Shown piece after piece: positions 1-13,099 of a stretch of DNA of 64,000 nt. Below the pieces are notes generated by a model. The model was not told the origin of the DNA and made no database searches. It saw nothing but the letters and a program-made list of their open reading frames with translations. A program made the translations under genes and the position numbers. Origin of the DNA: Eledone cirrhosa (Eukaryota); assembly GCA_964016885.1 (NCBI GenBank), contig OZ024742.1:51584001-51648000 (forward strand), given 5' to 3'. Numbering within the stretch: the stretch's first letter is position 1; each line of letters opens with the position of its first letter.

Positions 1-107
1 GAAGCGTTTGGCAAGAGATGTCAAAATGAATGGACCTGTTATTTTTTTCTAAAGATTTTTTTCACTTCCAACCCGCACGTCCCCTCAATCTATTTTATTT
101 CTCATAC

Positions 108-145
108 TTTCTTCTGATGAAGGATTAGCGTCCGAAACGTTATGA
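108..145 (+). ncRNA. Degenerate hammerhead-like motif in a probable PLE 3' stub
   Basis: CTGATGA (114-120), A-GGA-ttagcg-TCC stem II, GAAACGTTA; no convincing stem I. Confidence 0.3.
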
Positions 146-525
146 CCCTATTCCTGCTATATCAAGCGTTAACCTAATATATACCTTCCATATACTGTAC
201 CGGTACCGGTTGTGTTGTTATTTCTCTTTACCTTTTACACCCCCCCCCACATATATATATAGTAATAATAATAAATTTGAAGACTAAAATCCAAAGAGGG
301 TTCGATATGGATAAATATATATCAAATATATAAGAACAGTAGAGCAAATATTTATTAAAATAAAAGATTAAAGTTTAAGCAAAGAATCGCTGCTCTGCTT
401 TCACCCTTAACGGTATCTTCTGAAACTAACAAAGTCAATCTGTGAACGCTGATGTCAATATTTCAAAAAAGGTTGCAACCGGAGGAAGGCAGGAAGTCGA
501 TGTTTGGTTCGTGGAAACGTACGCT

Positions 526-773
526 GGCAAAGAACGGGAAAAAACGAATATATACGTCATTATTTGGAGCGGTGTAAAAAATGTACACGCAAAGACAAAA
601 CCACGTTTATGGTATAAAAGAGGTCGTACACTAATATTCTATTAACTGGTTCAGAGAGACGTTCTCAGGCAATGAACGGAAAACACGAAGATAATACGTC
701 ATATTTGGACCGGGGAGAACAATTGCACGCAAAGACAAAACCACGTAAATGGTATAACTGAAGTCCTAGACTA
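526..773. repeat. Diverged direct duplication (~107 bp x2) in the PLE 3' UTR
   Basis: 526-633 and 668-773 share cacgcaaagacaaaaccacgt and atggtataa. Confidence 0.75.
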
Positions 774-1036
774 GAATTCTAAATAGGAAACCGAATAATT
801 CTCGGTGTCAGAGTTAAGAATAAAGTAAATAAAATACAGAGGTAATTGAGATAAATATATATATACACGCATGCATATACCTACATACACAAGCATACGC
901 AAAACACTCGGCATAGGTATACAAATACACGCACGTACACAAAAAAAACCCGCACGCACATACAGAACCCAAGCAACGCCTGTACCCGCATGCATACGAA
1001 TGTATACAACAAATACACATAAAAATATATATAAAA

Positions 1037-1067
<31 letters not shown>

Positions 1068-1458
1068 CGTGTATACATATAATTAATTAAACGTATATAA
1101 ATAAATAAATACGTATATAACAAGCGCACACAAATACCTACATGTAAATACACATATGTTCGGAGACGCACGTCAACCAAAACATGACGTACACATATAC
1201 ACACACCCTACATACGTACGAACCAGCATACTCACACAGATGCAAAACTCACGTATACACATAACCAAAAGCATGTGTACCAGAATATATAAGATATACG
1301 CCATAACATATACAATCAAGTATACGTACGAGAAAGTATACGTACCTTCACAAAACACACAGGTAATATATACTTACCTATACAAATAAGTAATGGTATA
1401 AACATAACATATACTTAGCTACCACATCAGGACGTCACATATCCACCTATAGTTCGTA

Positions 1459-2109
1459 CTATCCGTTAGGGTATAATGTGAGTCTGTAATACAGGAAAAT
1501 GTTGTGCAATTTATGTTTACAAGCCGAAATTGCCTCAAATTGTTTGTTTAAGATGTGGTCTTTGGCGTAGAGTATTTCCAGGGCCTCAGCGGCGCAGAGG
1601 TCACATGGTCTTTTATTTCCGTTATAGGATCTGCCCCTAGCTAGGATCTCCCAGTGTAACTTATATTGGGTGTGGTTGTCTTTTAGACTCCAGATATAAG
1701 CTGAAAGTGACGTCATATTCCTTCTTAAAGGGTAACGAAAAGGATGGGAATGCATGTAAAGATGCTGCTTGAATCTATTGACGGTTAACCCTATGTAGGC
1801 CCTACGGGACGTGGGTGTTTCAACCTTACATGTGTAGACAATGTTACTAGAGAGGCATTTCCCGGATAGGGGGCAGTCAACCCGATTCTTACAATTACAG
1901 TTAGTACTAACTACAGGGTTGCACGTGTTCCTACGGCTAGGTAGTTTAGCTAAATTTGAAGCTGTCATGTTATGTGCAAGGTTAGGAGTCGTAGAGTAAG
2001 AAATTTTAAAAGTATTTCTATTAAAGATTTTACTATATTTATGTGTAGGGGTAAAATGCTTCATGATAAGGGAGAGAAAGATCTTATCTAATGGTGTGGC
2101 CACCTCCAT
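1459..2109 (-). CDS. GIY-YIG endonuclease region of a Penelope-like element (partial ORF)
   Basis: KISYSTTPNL, CNCKNRVDCPLSGKC, NIVYTCKV...YIGLT, CDLCAAE, CKH motifs typical of PLE endonuclease. Confidence 0.85.
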   Translation of the reverse strand: MEVATPLDKIFLSLIMKHFTPTHKYSKIFNRNTFKISYSTTPNLAHNMTASNLAKLPSRRNTCNPVVSTNCNCKNRVDCPLSGKCLSSNIVYTCKVETPTSRRAYIGLTVNRFKQHLYMHSHPFRYPLRRNMTSLSAYIWSLKDNHTQYKLHWEILARGRSYNGNKRPCDLCAAEALEILYAKDHILNKQFEAISACKHKLHNIFLYYRLTLYPNG

Positions 2110-2637
2110 ATCATATAATGCCTCGGGATCTATTTCTTCTAGGTCTATTCTCGTACTCTGTATATGCTACCTTGTCGACAAATCCACTCCGAGCAAGAGC
2201 TTCATTGTAATATGTGGAATGGTCGTTGAAAAAATATGCTCGTTAGTAGATAGACGGGAAAGCCTCGAAGAAACTTGCATTACCCGTATAGAAAGCCGAA
2301 TGATACGCTTAATTACATAAGTAAGCATTCTACCCATCCTGCCAGCATAACGAAGGACCTGGTAAGAAACGTTTCATGAAGCTTTCCCGTCTATCTACTA
2401 ACGAGCATATTTTCAACGACCATTCCACATATTACAATGAAGCTCTTTTCTCTTTCTCTTTCACTATACAAATTGAACCTGAACCGATAAGGTTTGGTTT
2501 ATCGGGTATGTCACTATTTATAAATCACATTTTTTATTTTATCTGATGAGAGCGTACCAAAGTCTTTTTTGGTACCCTTGAGATATATATAAAATAAATA
2601 TAGGTTTATAAATATAGTTTCCATTTATTAAAATCAT

Positions 2638-2733
<96 letters not shown>

Positions 2734-2859
2734 GGTAGAATCGATGTCGATGTGGCAGCATATGCACAAAATTTGTTGATATATTACAATTGTTTCGATA
2801 TCGATCAGTTCAGAGTTCGAACAAAATGACGGAGCCAGATTCATTTTCGTCATCTCGTC

Positions 2860-2896
<37 letters not shown>

Positions 2897-3631
2897 AGAG
2901 TGAGAGTGAGAGTGAGGGTGTGAGAGAAAGACTTCATATTAGACAACATGTTTGTGTGTATGAGTGTATGTGTAGATTTGTGACACCGAGATGTTTATTC
3001 ATAATTTATATAGAGATTTCATTTAAGATAGGGATTTTATCTAAGAATATTATATTTAGTTTGTTAATATATTTTAAGCCTTCTGTGATAGTGGGGACTT
3101 AAAAATTGTTGTTCTCATTCGACATTATATCTATGATTCTTACAAAATCCGCTTAGGCTTTACACTGTCGCGTCAAAAGTAAATTATTCAATCTATTTTG
3201 GACAAGATATCTTTTTGTATAATTTATGAAACTTCATTTTTTATTTCTCCTTTCTACCAGTTTGGAGTTTAATGATGATGCAGCGCAAGTAATTGTCTGA
3301 ATGATTACTGTAAAGTTTAGACCTTGTTATTTATCTCCATATTCAATTGAACGGTACAAGATAAAAAAATACTTTAACTCTAACCCATCCGATATTTCCA
3401 GAACATCAGCACCCAAATTGTATTTCATCTTAATGGCATGTATGTCTATTCGGCAGATATGCTCTGTATATCGAGTTAGAGTATAAACCTGTTCACGTTG
3501 ATTCATCTAAAAACATATGGGATCACATGTTATCCCAAATTTTCACATGATCTAATGCACGCAGGCCAGAGAAAGAATATCATTTTCGATCTAGGCGGTA
3601 TGAAAAACGAGACAAGGATAAATAGAAAAAT

Positions 3632-3815
3632 AATTGTTTCTACTTTAGGCACAAGGCCAGCAATTACCCAGTGCATTACTGGTACTTTATTTTATCGACC
3701 CTGTAAGGATGAAAGGCAAAGTCAACCTCGGCGGGATTTGAACTCAGATCATAAAGGGACGTAACTATGCTGGAAAGCATGGCGTCCGACCCTCTACCGA
3801 TACTGCCAATCCACC
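3632..3815 (-). mobile_element. tRNA-derived SINE, full length
   Basis: A-box TGGCAGTATCGG and B-box GAGTTCAAATC on minus; flanking direct repeat ATAAATAGAAAAATAAT; many sister copies in the window. Confidence 0.9.
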
Positions 3816-5829
3816 ATATAAATAGAAAAATAATGAGCAACAGAGAGAGATAAAAGGAGACAAATATGCGATAATCATAAAGAGAGAGATATAAACAGGG
3901 AGAGAAACAAGGAGATAGATACATATGGATGCAAGATTAGCCTATATTTTGTTTTAAATCTTTTTATTTTTCATTTTATTTTACAAAGCTGGTTATTCAA
4001 AATAAAATAAAAACACAAGATTAGAGGGAATCGAAACGAATGAAAAAAATGTAATGAAAAGAAGTAAGGGAGAAATGAATCAAGCAACGAGAGAAAGGGG
4101 AAGGGTAAGACAGACACTACACTCCTTTCTCTGTGGAGCCTCAGTTGCGCCCAATGGACAAAATGGCAACAGCCACCAACACCTCATGAGGCTCCCTCCC
4201 AAAGCTGGCCTCTGTCCTTCCGATTTTACAGAGAAATCAGCAGTGGGAAGATAATGTGAAGACAGTGAGAAGAAGCGGTCGGTCGGGCTCAGTTATTTAA
4301 CTGCCTTCCTCTCCTCTGCATTGTGAGCAGCGGATCCCGGGTTTAGAGCCGAAGTGACAATACTGGAAGTGGAGAACAAGTCACTGAACATCGTGACCGT
4401 AATTAGGGATTTTCCCCCTCGAAACAGTAGAGGGTTAATCCATTGGAACGCTTGCCATCACTACGGTCGAGTTCATCCGGCTCCAATTGTGACAAAGATG
4501 ATCCGTTTGTCAGCAACCATGAGAGTGCTGGGTCTATCTCGTCGTGGTGAATACTAAACTATATTTCTGATACACAGAAACAATATAAAACAATAAACTC
4601 GTCGGCTTGATAGAGTTTTCCCTCTGGTAGACTATAGTTATGTGGCGCTCAAATACTGCTGCCATGATATGTTACGCTTAAACAATTTACTGGGCTTTGT
4701 TTTTTTTCAATAACAAATATGAATAAATCTTGTCATTTTCTTTTGTTGTATTTCTTCTGATATAATGTCTGAGTTTACTGCGCTATTTATATATAGTGAT
4801 TCGCTTTAATTCTTTAGTGATCTATGTTTTTACCCACACGAGTTGCATGTTGACTCTGGAAATATCACTCAAGGATAATCTTCTTACATGCCCTTGCATG
4901 TAATCTGGTTATTTTCCGTATATTTACACCATCGTAGTATCAAACTAGAAAATGGAGCTCAAAACTGTATATTTTCATTTTTACAATTTAATTGGTTTGA
5001 TGAAAAGTTTTAACATTAAATCAAGAAATAGGCTGCTTTATGTCGTATTTGCTTTCTTCCCAATAGCAACAAATTCCATTTCAGCTTTAAATGTAGTAAT
5101 GTTTATTTATTGCATAACGTGCAGTAAGAGAAATTGAACTATTGCCCTTGCTGTTAGTCATCTCATAGTTAAATTGTATTACTTTGCAAGACTATAATGT
5201 TTGCCGAGGATGAATATTAAATGAGTTCATTGGAGATAACTTTTTTCCTATTTTTTTAATATACGATGAAATTTATCACATATGTAGTTTATTAAACATT
5301 GCTCAGGGAAGAAAATACATGGTTTTATATTAGTTTATTTTTTTACAATATTTGTTTTATTTTCTTCATCTTGGCACCCTGTTATATTTATTATGATTTC
5401 ATCAGTTATTGAAATTACTAAGAATATCATTTTCTATTACATTTGTATGGAAATATTCTCCAATATGCAGTATCCGAATGGTAGTGACAAACACTTTTTT
5501 GTTAAATTCTAGCAGGCTTTATTCATATCTTTCAAATATATTATAAGATATCACTTCGATTCCAAATATACCTCTTAGTGTTGGTCTGAGTATCTTTTTT
5601 TCGTTTTCATTCATTTGTTGTTGCTATTTCCATTTGCATCGAAATGTGAATGGATATTTCCAATATTCCACTTACAATGGTAGAAACTAAATTGCGATTT
5701 GAAATAAGTGCTTCTATATAATTTCTATCATAAAATATTTGTTTCTTACACCCATTGAGAGGTAGCTTTAGTGCAATATGCGTGTGTGTCTTGTGATATG
5801 ACAAAGAGGACAGTAAATCTCAAAATAGA

Positions 5830-7800
5830 AATCGGATAGTAGTTACGGCATGGCAAAAAATGTAAATAAAATAATAAAATGCCGAAAAGTGCAATTTCAT
5901 CAAAATGATGGCATTGCCTACTTTTAGCAATGTATATCTAACAAAAAGCAAACAGTAGACCATGGTGACTTCATATATGTATACAGATGAAACATTTGAC
6001 CGAGAGCTTTTTATTATTTTATGTTTCGAAACATGTTTACTGAGAATTTTCGTTTGCTTTTTATTCTAGTTACCTATCTATGTGTACAGCCACCGGAAAT
6101 AACATATGTGAAATAAACAACTCTATCTATCCGCTTAGCTAGCTACCTCACCGTGAAACAAACAACCCTTAAGCCATCAGAATAAAACGCCTACGCAGCG
6201 GCTAAACATCAAACGATTATTTTTGTATAAATAGAGTGGTCACAAACACTTTCGCCAGTCGACCTTTGGCAGAGTCAGCTCAAGTATCGTTGTTCCTCTC
6301 CTCTGCAACTCGTGTCACTCACACACGCCTTGTACCTCTATATCGTCGCTTCATGTATGAAAATAAATAGCTGACTGAAACTACATCTCTCGCCTTGCTC
6401 GTTCTCTCAACTTGTGCTTTCGTCTGTTCATCCTTACCGTATGTGACAACAGTCCTTTTAAGGGCTATCCTTCGATCCGACCGTATGCGATAACAGTCCT
6501 TTTAAGGGCTATTCTCGGATCCGATCCTAAGTAGTGATCAGACCCACCAACCACGTCGCTACATATGCATTTTATCTGCTGTATATTTCATCTCGCTATC
6601 AACTCTGCCCTTTTTCCTTTCCCACCATTATTACACGCAGTCATTATTTTAGCAGATTGCATCAGTCTTGTTTATATGTTTCCAGCAACACTATGTTGGC
6701 AATATGTTGAATGTTAACAGCATTAATCTAATTTAGTTGATAATATCATCTACCATAGACATGAATGACATATTATGCTCATACCATTCGCTCTAATTTT
6801 TCGTTTAGTGTATCTTTTACTTGAAATCAAAATTGATATATACACAGTTTGCCATGGAAATTATAAAGTTCACCAAGACGATACATTCCTGATGTAAATA
6901 AACGGCTCGGGGAATTGTTTGAGATATATTCATTGCCCCACAGAAATCATACCGAAATCTAAACCATGGTTGGGTTTACTAAAACTCCCAGCTGCATCTC
7001 CCTCAATCCAGAAGCTCATTTCTTAAAAGAGAATGCCGCATCGATTAACGTGCTTCCAGGTTTGGAATTGGACAATATATTATTCCATTGAACGCCCTTT
7101 CATCAAAGACCATTTCTCCCATGGTTGACATGAGGCGAAACTATAAAAGTACCACTACAACAAAAGCAGTAGCAGCAATATGTTTATCACCAATTAACAC
7201 TTGTGGCTAATTTCATTATCAGAACAATAGTTTACCGACACACTTTGTTTGCTATGGATTAGTACATCAAATATAACCGAGACTACAGCCGCGTTGATTG
7301 AACGATATTACATTTAATTATGGATGCTCTACAGGAAATATCATTCTAACGAGTATAACACTCAACCTTTTGGCTAATAACATACTATGCATCCACCAAT
7401 GCATTGCATACATATTTTACTTTCTTCTCAAATATTCAAAATTAGATGATTTTCCCCTATGCTTTTCTTGACAATAAATCTTCATTAAGCTAATTATCAT
7501 TCTTTTTCGCGTTGGATTTCTAATTAATTACGATTATTTTATTCGACATAATAAGTGTCCTGCAGATCATATCATTGTGTATCTTTAACTAGTCCTAATA
7601 TTCTAAAAACACAACTATCTGCCTCACAGAAAATAATTTTACAACAACACAACATAGGAAAAAGCAAATCCTGATGATAATGATAAATACCATATCCAGC
7701 CTACTGGTTAATAAACGTTAAGCCAGTTCATGGGCAGAATTATTAGATACAATGCTTCTCGGAATTTGTTCCTCCTCTTTCCATTCTTAACACAAATCTC
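5830..7800 (-). pseudogene. Heavily decayed SLC7/CAT-like (APC) amino-acid transporter remnant
   Basis: Collinear motifs across shifting frames: AGYGIY, MKLATSVNW/VINILLLL, DAAGSF..GLDF, NISQTIPRAV, MSMVDD, GNAIILMKL; by-eye similarity only. Confidence 0.45.
6083..6563. mobile_element. Solo LTR
   Basis: TGTA...TACA termini, 4-bp TSD TATG (6079-6082 and 6564-6567), internal TATAAATA and AATAAA, ~44-bp internal tandem duplication. Confidence 0.65.
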
Positions 7801-7877
7801 ATCGAAATCATCTCTTCCACTGTTCCTTCAATTCTTCTATCATTATCTATAAAAGGCAGATTGTTGTTGTTGTTGTA

Positions 7878-8024
<147 letters not shown>

Positions 8025-8490
8025 CCATGTTTATACATTTGCACAATTTCAAACCGATTCGACTCAATGTCTGTAAGAATGTTGTAAATGGTCAACGACT
8101 ATTTATTTCATTCAAACTCACAATTATGGAAATAATCGATAAAACTAAATACATGACGCTTTACCCCTCTAATAGAATCTGATAACCTCTCTTTTCTCCC
8201 CTTAAAATTCAATAAAACTACATACATGCTTACAAACTTGCTTTAGGAACGCCGAAGAGAGTGAGGGGAGAGAGAGAGAGAACGTTTATTCTTGAGTGTT
8301 GAACGGTCAAACATTTATTTACTTCAATGACAAAGAGAACTTATTACATTTCATACGAAACAACAATTATCAAAAAGCAACAGGTAAATTTATTCAACAA
8401 CAAAAAAAATAACGATAAATCTTTTTTTAAAACCTCTCAACGGACGTGGAAGAAAGAAGTATCAGTTTATTTACTATACACAATAATATA

Positions 8491-8758
8491 CTCTATGAGG
8501 ACACTAAACCTGCTAGAAACAGCAGCTAACTCTCCTCCATATCACAACACTCCCTACTGTCTTAAATTTAGAAAACATATCCTCTATGAGGTCACTAAAC
8601 CTGCTAGAAACAGCAGCTAACTCTCCCCCCTATCACACCACCCCCTACTGCCTTAAATTTAGAAAACATATCCTCTATGAGGTCACTAAACCTGCTAGAA
8701 ACAGCAGCTAACTCTCCCCCCATATAACACTCCTCCCTACTGTCTTAAATTTAGAAAA
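8491..8758. repeat. ~91-bp tandem repeat, three copies
   Basis: ctctatgagg(a/t)cactaaacctgctagaaacagcagctaactctc...cttaaatttagaaaa repeated three times. Confidence 0.9.
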
Positions 8759-9165
8759 AACACATTAGAAAATCATGCAGAACAATTCCATCTCAGCTCT
8801 GTTGTTCGGCTGGCATCGTCTACGTGGGTGTTGCGCAAGTACTGTCAAACAATAAATTTCAACACTTCTTTGCACAGAGATAATATCCATAGGCGAAGCT
8901 ACAATTGTCACTGATGTGCGCAGCTCCTGGTCTGCAATTCATTCACCCAGCGCCTGGCAGACAAAAAAGTGCTGCCATAAAATGGGTGGTGCAACATAAC
9001 TTTGGTAACATACTGACCCCGAGCAATGCCGGGCTTTAATGCTAGTCGTCGATAAAATAATCTATCAGTCACATAATATTGTCGCTATATTCGGCTTTCC
9101 TCTCTTAGGAAAAATGTCAGGTCTTATGCCTAGACGAGAGATAATTATTTTATCATATGCATTTA

Positions 9166-9357
9166 GGGGCGGTGGATGGGCAGTATCGGTAGAGTGTCGG
9201 ACGCCATGCTTTCCAGCATAGTTACGTCCATTTACGATCCGAGTTCAAATCCCGCCGAGGTTGACTTTGCCTTTCATCCTAACGAGGTCGATAAAATAAA
9301 GTACCAGTAATGCACTGGGTAATTGCTGGCCTTGTGCCTAAAGTAGAAACAATTATT
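9166..9357 (+). mobile_element. tRNA-derived SINE, full length
   Basis: Same family as 3632; flanking direct repeat AATTATTTTATCATATGCATTTA. Confidence 0.9.
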
Positions 9358-10030
9358 TTATCATATGCATTTAATGCCTTGATAACCCATTACGTACCAT
9401 AGCAACAAGATCTGAAAACGCATGAATGGATTATATTAGATCAGGTTATTTAAGGGGATCCCACAATTGCCACCAAGCGAAACAGAGAAGATGTTTCTAT
9501 ATTGCTTTTGTTTCATTGAGTACATAATTCATGACTCAACATCAACATCATCGTCATCATCAACGTGATCCTCATCGTCATCACCACAATAATCGTCTTC
9601 ATCAAGGCCAAGCAATCTACGATTTAATTTGTTGGCGTTTAGGCTGTTGAACTTTTGTGCATTATTTCATAAGGTTTCTTGAGAAATTTCCAATCGATTC
9701 GGAAATATTATTTGTATGTAAATGATTCCAACGACCTCGGAGTTTACGTCCGTCGTTAATAGATACATAATTGATTGTAGGAAGGTAATTAACTAGTTCT
9801 AGTAGCTGTTTATCCACACACATTAAATAAAATTCCATCAGATCCTAACTATAAATTTATGTGAGAAACGTTGATATATAATTGTATTCATACCATGTTC
9901 ATAACATTCTAATCGTAGAAGTCAATTTCGAGATGTCAATCTATATAAAGTGATTATACACGTAAATCCTAATATATCTTGTCTATTCTATAGATTTAGA
10001 TTAATCTCATCTAGAGAACACATCGTAAAT

Positions 10031-10207
10031 AATGCTTTCTAGTTTCAGGTGCATGAGGAAAGCCGATAATATCAACCTCAGTTCTTTACTGGTACTTTAA
10101 TTTCTCGGCCCAGGAAGGATGAAAGGCAATTTTAACCACGGGCGGATTTGAACTTAAGACGTAAAGAGCCAGGACAAACACTGTAACATCTCTGGTAGTC
10201 CACCGCT
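10031..10207 (-). mobile_element. Older diverged SINE copy
   Basis: ctggtacttt...aggatgaaaggca...ggatttgaact core shared with the younger SINEs. Confidence 0.7.
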
Positions 10208-10885
10208 CTTATAACATAGATAACAGTATCAACATAAGTGGCGCACGCATTTCTTTTAAAACAAATTCATTAACCCGCATGTTGTCACATTATCGTAAAA
10301 TATCATGTTCTTTCTTCTCATTCAATTGCTATATGAAAGGGAAATAATCCTTATGAAAATTAGAAATTCCTTAGAATGTTCTTCATGTAAGAGGTTATTA
10401 TGAAAATAAAAAAAATGTTTATGTATCAAATTATAACGAAATTTAGAATATCGATTACATAAGAATGTATTATGATGTTTAGAATATTGTTTACGTAAGA
10501 AACCATAATGAAAGCAAGAACATTGAGAGATTTCGTCAATATTCTTATTTCATTCATGCATCATAAATAGTATTTCTATTCAGAAATTGGTGCAATCAAT
10601 TTCAGTATCTCTTAAGGATCCTATTATTTGGATGAATTGAACATGTAGAATAGCAGGGGTTTATTTCCAAGAAAATTCTGCATATTTTATCTCAAGTAAT
10701 TCGAAAGAAAAGAAAATAAAGGACAAAATATATGAGATTCTAGAACAAGATTTCTTAATTGCCTTTTGAAAATGACTGAACTTTTATATTACTCATAATG
10801 TCACGACGTAATCGTGCCGTAGGTTTCATGATCTTATTAGAAATGCATGCTGGTAAAAATTGTAGCTCTATTTATTTTAATTTAT

Positions 10886-10920
<35 letters not shown>

Positions 10921-10928
<8 letters not shown>

Positions 10929-11136
10929 CGTAAAATAAGAAAATTATAGTAATTAACTCACTTACTTAAAGTGAAATTTAAGTGAGTCAATTACTATAAT
11001 TTTCTTATTTTACGTCTTTTATATAATTGTTTTGCATCTATTTGTATTGAACCACAAAGTTACTAATACAAAACCTGTATCTTTGCTAGCGTAAGTATAC
11101 ATCTGTATAAATATGTTGGTAGATATATTAATTCTT
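10921..11136 (+). mobile_element. Short insertion with terminal hairpin between (TA)n tracts (probable PLE 3' stub)
   Basis: 44-bp inverted arms 10921-10964 and 10979-11022 with one mismatch; (TA)n on both sides. Confidence 0.55.
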
Positions 11137-11154
11137 TATATATATATATACATC

Positions 11155-11207
<53 letters not shown>

Positions 11208-11677
11208 ATATCGAGGTTAGGGTTCCTTACGGTTCTCTTTTTTTTTTCTAAAAATAATAAATAACGTGTATATGAAGAAAAGGAATAAAACGCAACTACA
11301 GATACTAAAAATCATGGCTTCGAAATCCCGAAGTAAAAGAAATTCATATGAAAAAGAAACATTTCATTTATTTATTTTTATATATTTTAGATATTTTGTT
11401 TCATTTTATCTCTATACTGACATCGTCAGTCACCTGCCAGCGCATCTTGCATGATATTTCTTTCCACTTCCTTACAAAAATTTTTTATATGTAACCATAT
11501 ATATATAGATTTACTTTATTCTTTCGCTGTTCAATATACATATAAAAAGTATACATACATACATGGATTATTACATGCACATATATATTATAAATATATA
11601 TGTGCATGTACGTAGGTATATATATATATATATACATGCACATACATACACACCAACTTATATATATATAAATATAG

Positions 11678-11712
<35 letters not shown>

Positions 11713-11989
11713 TGTATGTGTGTGGGGGGGGGGTATGTATGTATTTATGTATGGCATTTCGCTTTGTGTTTTTTCGGCATGACATTTCATATGGAATCGT
11801 GAGTTGAAACATTCATTTTTGTAATTTGGGTGGGTCATGCCAATAAAGCTACACACGCCCCACTGGTCGGTTGGTTTTAATTCAGTTTATTTTTAGTGAG
11901 GCAACTAATCAATTCTTCGAGTGGTTCAGTAACCACACGGTGAAGCACAACGAATTCTTAGTATGATGAAATTAGGAGATATTGCCTTG

Positions 11990-12500
11990 CTTTATGATCT
12001 CATTGAGGGTAGCATTTTATGGGACGAGGGTAACACTGCAAAAGCATGATAGTGGGTGGAAAACGAAAGGAGCCACAGTGGTCTCACAGTGGATTTGTGA
12101 GGTAGACTGACAAGACGTGGCATGATTGAGGCAAGCCTCGAGAATGTGGTCAGAGCACATTTCAACATGTTTCTCTTGTCATGTTGAACGATGAGATGCC
12201 TGGGACCACTCGGCAACGTCTCGGAAGGATAGTTGTTGATAAACATTCAAGTGGCATTGGCGGCTCCCTCGTACCTGCTGTCAACACCGACCCCCGACTG
12301 AACGGGACTGAGTTTCGCGCCTAACTCAGGTGCGACAGGCTTGCAGAGGAGCCTTGCTGCGAGCCCCCTAAAAGCGTTTCCTAACGCGATTGGGCGTAGT
12401 TTTTTTTCTTGAAATCCGTGAAGCGAGCCCAAAAGAAAAGTCTCCTGAATTAACCTGCTGGAGTAAGCAACGGTGGCCGAGATGCTGGTGACGAATCGTA
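11990..12500 (-). pseudogene. Decayed reverse transcriptase fragment, CRE-clade-like non-LTR element
   Basis: LRPIALGNAFRGLAAR...LSPVQSGVGV...EGAANAT resembles the RPIAVGxxxRRL...QxGVG...EAAVH pattern. Confidence 0.65.
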
Positions 12501-13099
12501 AGGGTTTGATTAGTGTAGGGGTGGAAATTGAAGTGAGCAAGAATATAATTCAAGTTCAGCTTGACGCAATTCGTCGCACTTATTCCGTCTGAGAAGTACG
12601 TTAAATGTACACGTATATCTGCAATGATCTGTCATTTCAGTGTCAATTTCATTAGGAGGTAAATCAACTCCATCCTCCTAAAAAAATTAACACTTTAAAT
12701 CCTAGAAAACTATAATTCCGGTATTGAACAAAAAAAGGGTTGACACTTCAAATTCGCTTTACTCTCCGTTTAAAAATTGAACGGTTCGACCTTTGAGTCA
12801 TATTCAAAAGTTGTATACTCATGGATTGCAAATATCGTTATGATGTATGCGAAAATGGAAACAATATTTATATTCCAGAAAGAAAATATTAATAAACGCC
12901 TGTTATTAAATTTACAATCTATTTCGTCATACTCTCTGATATGCTCAATGATATTTTTGACCTCAGTGTCTCCTCTTAGTCTTTATTGTACACACCCTAT
13001 TTGTCTTTGTATTGTCGTTCTGTAGTGTATCGTAGGCGTTTTCATATGTGTGTTCATGAGGCTTATTGCAATACAATCTGCATATGTGGTGATTGTTTG

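Larger units (their letters stand above)
261..2447 (-). mobile_element. 5'-truncated Penelope-like element (RT C-terminus, GIY-YIG, 3' UTR) with inverted 5' piece
   Basis: GIY-YIG ORF at 1459-2109; inverted piece 2281-2447 (+) reads YPYRKPNDTLNYISKHSTHPASI...YYNEAL; 3' end abuts (TA)n; same terminus recurs at ~33930 and ~61919. Confidence 0.85.
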
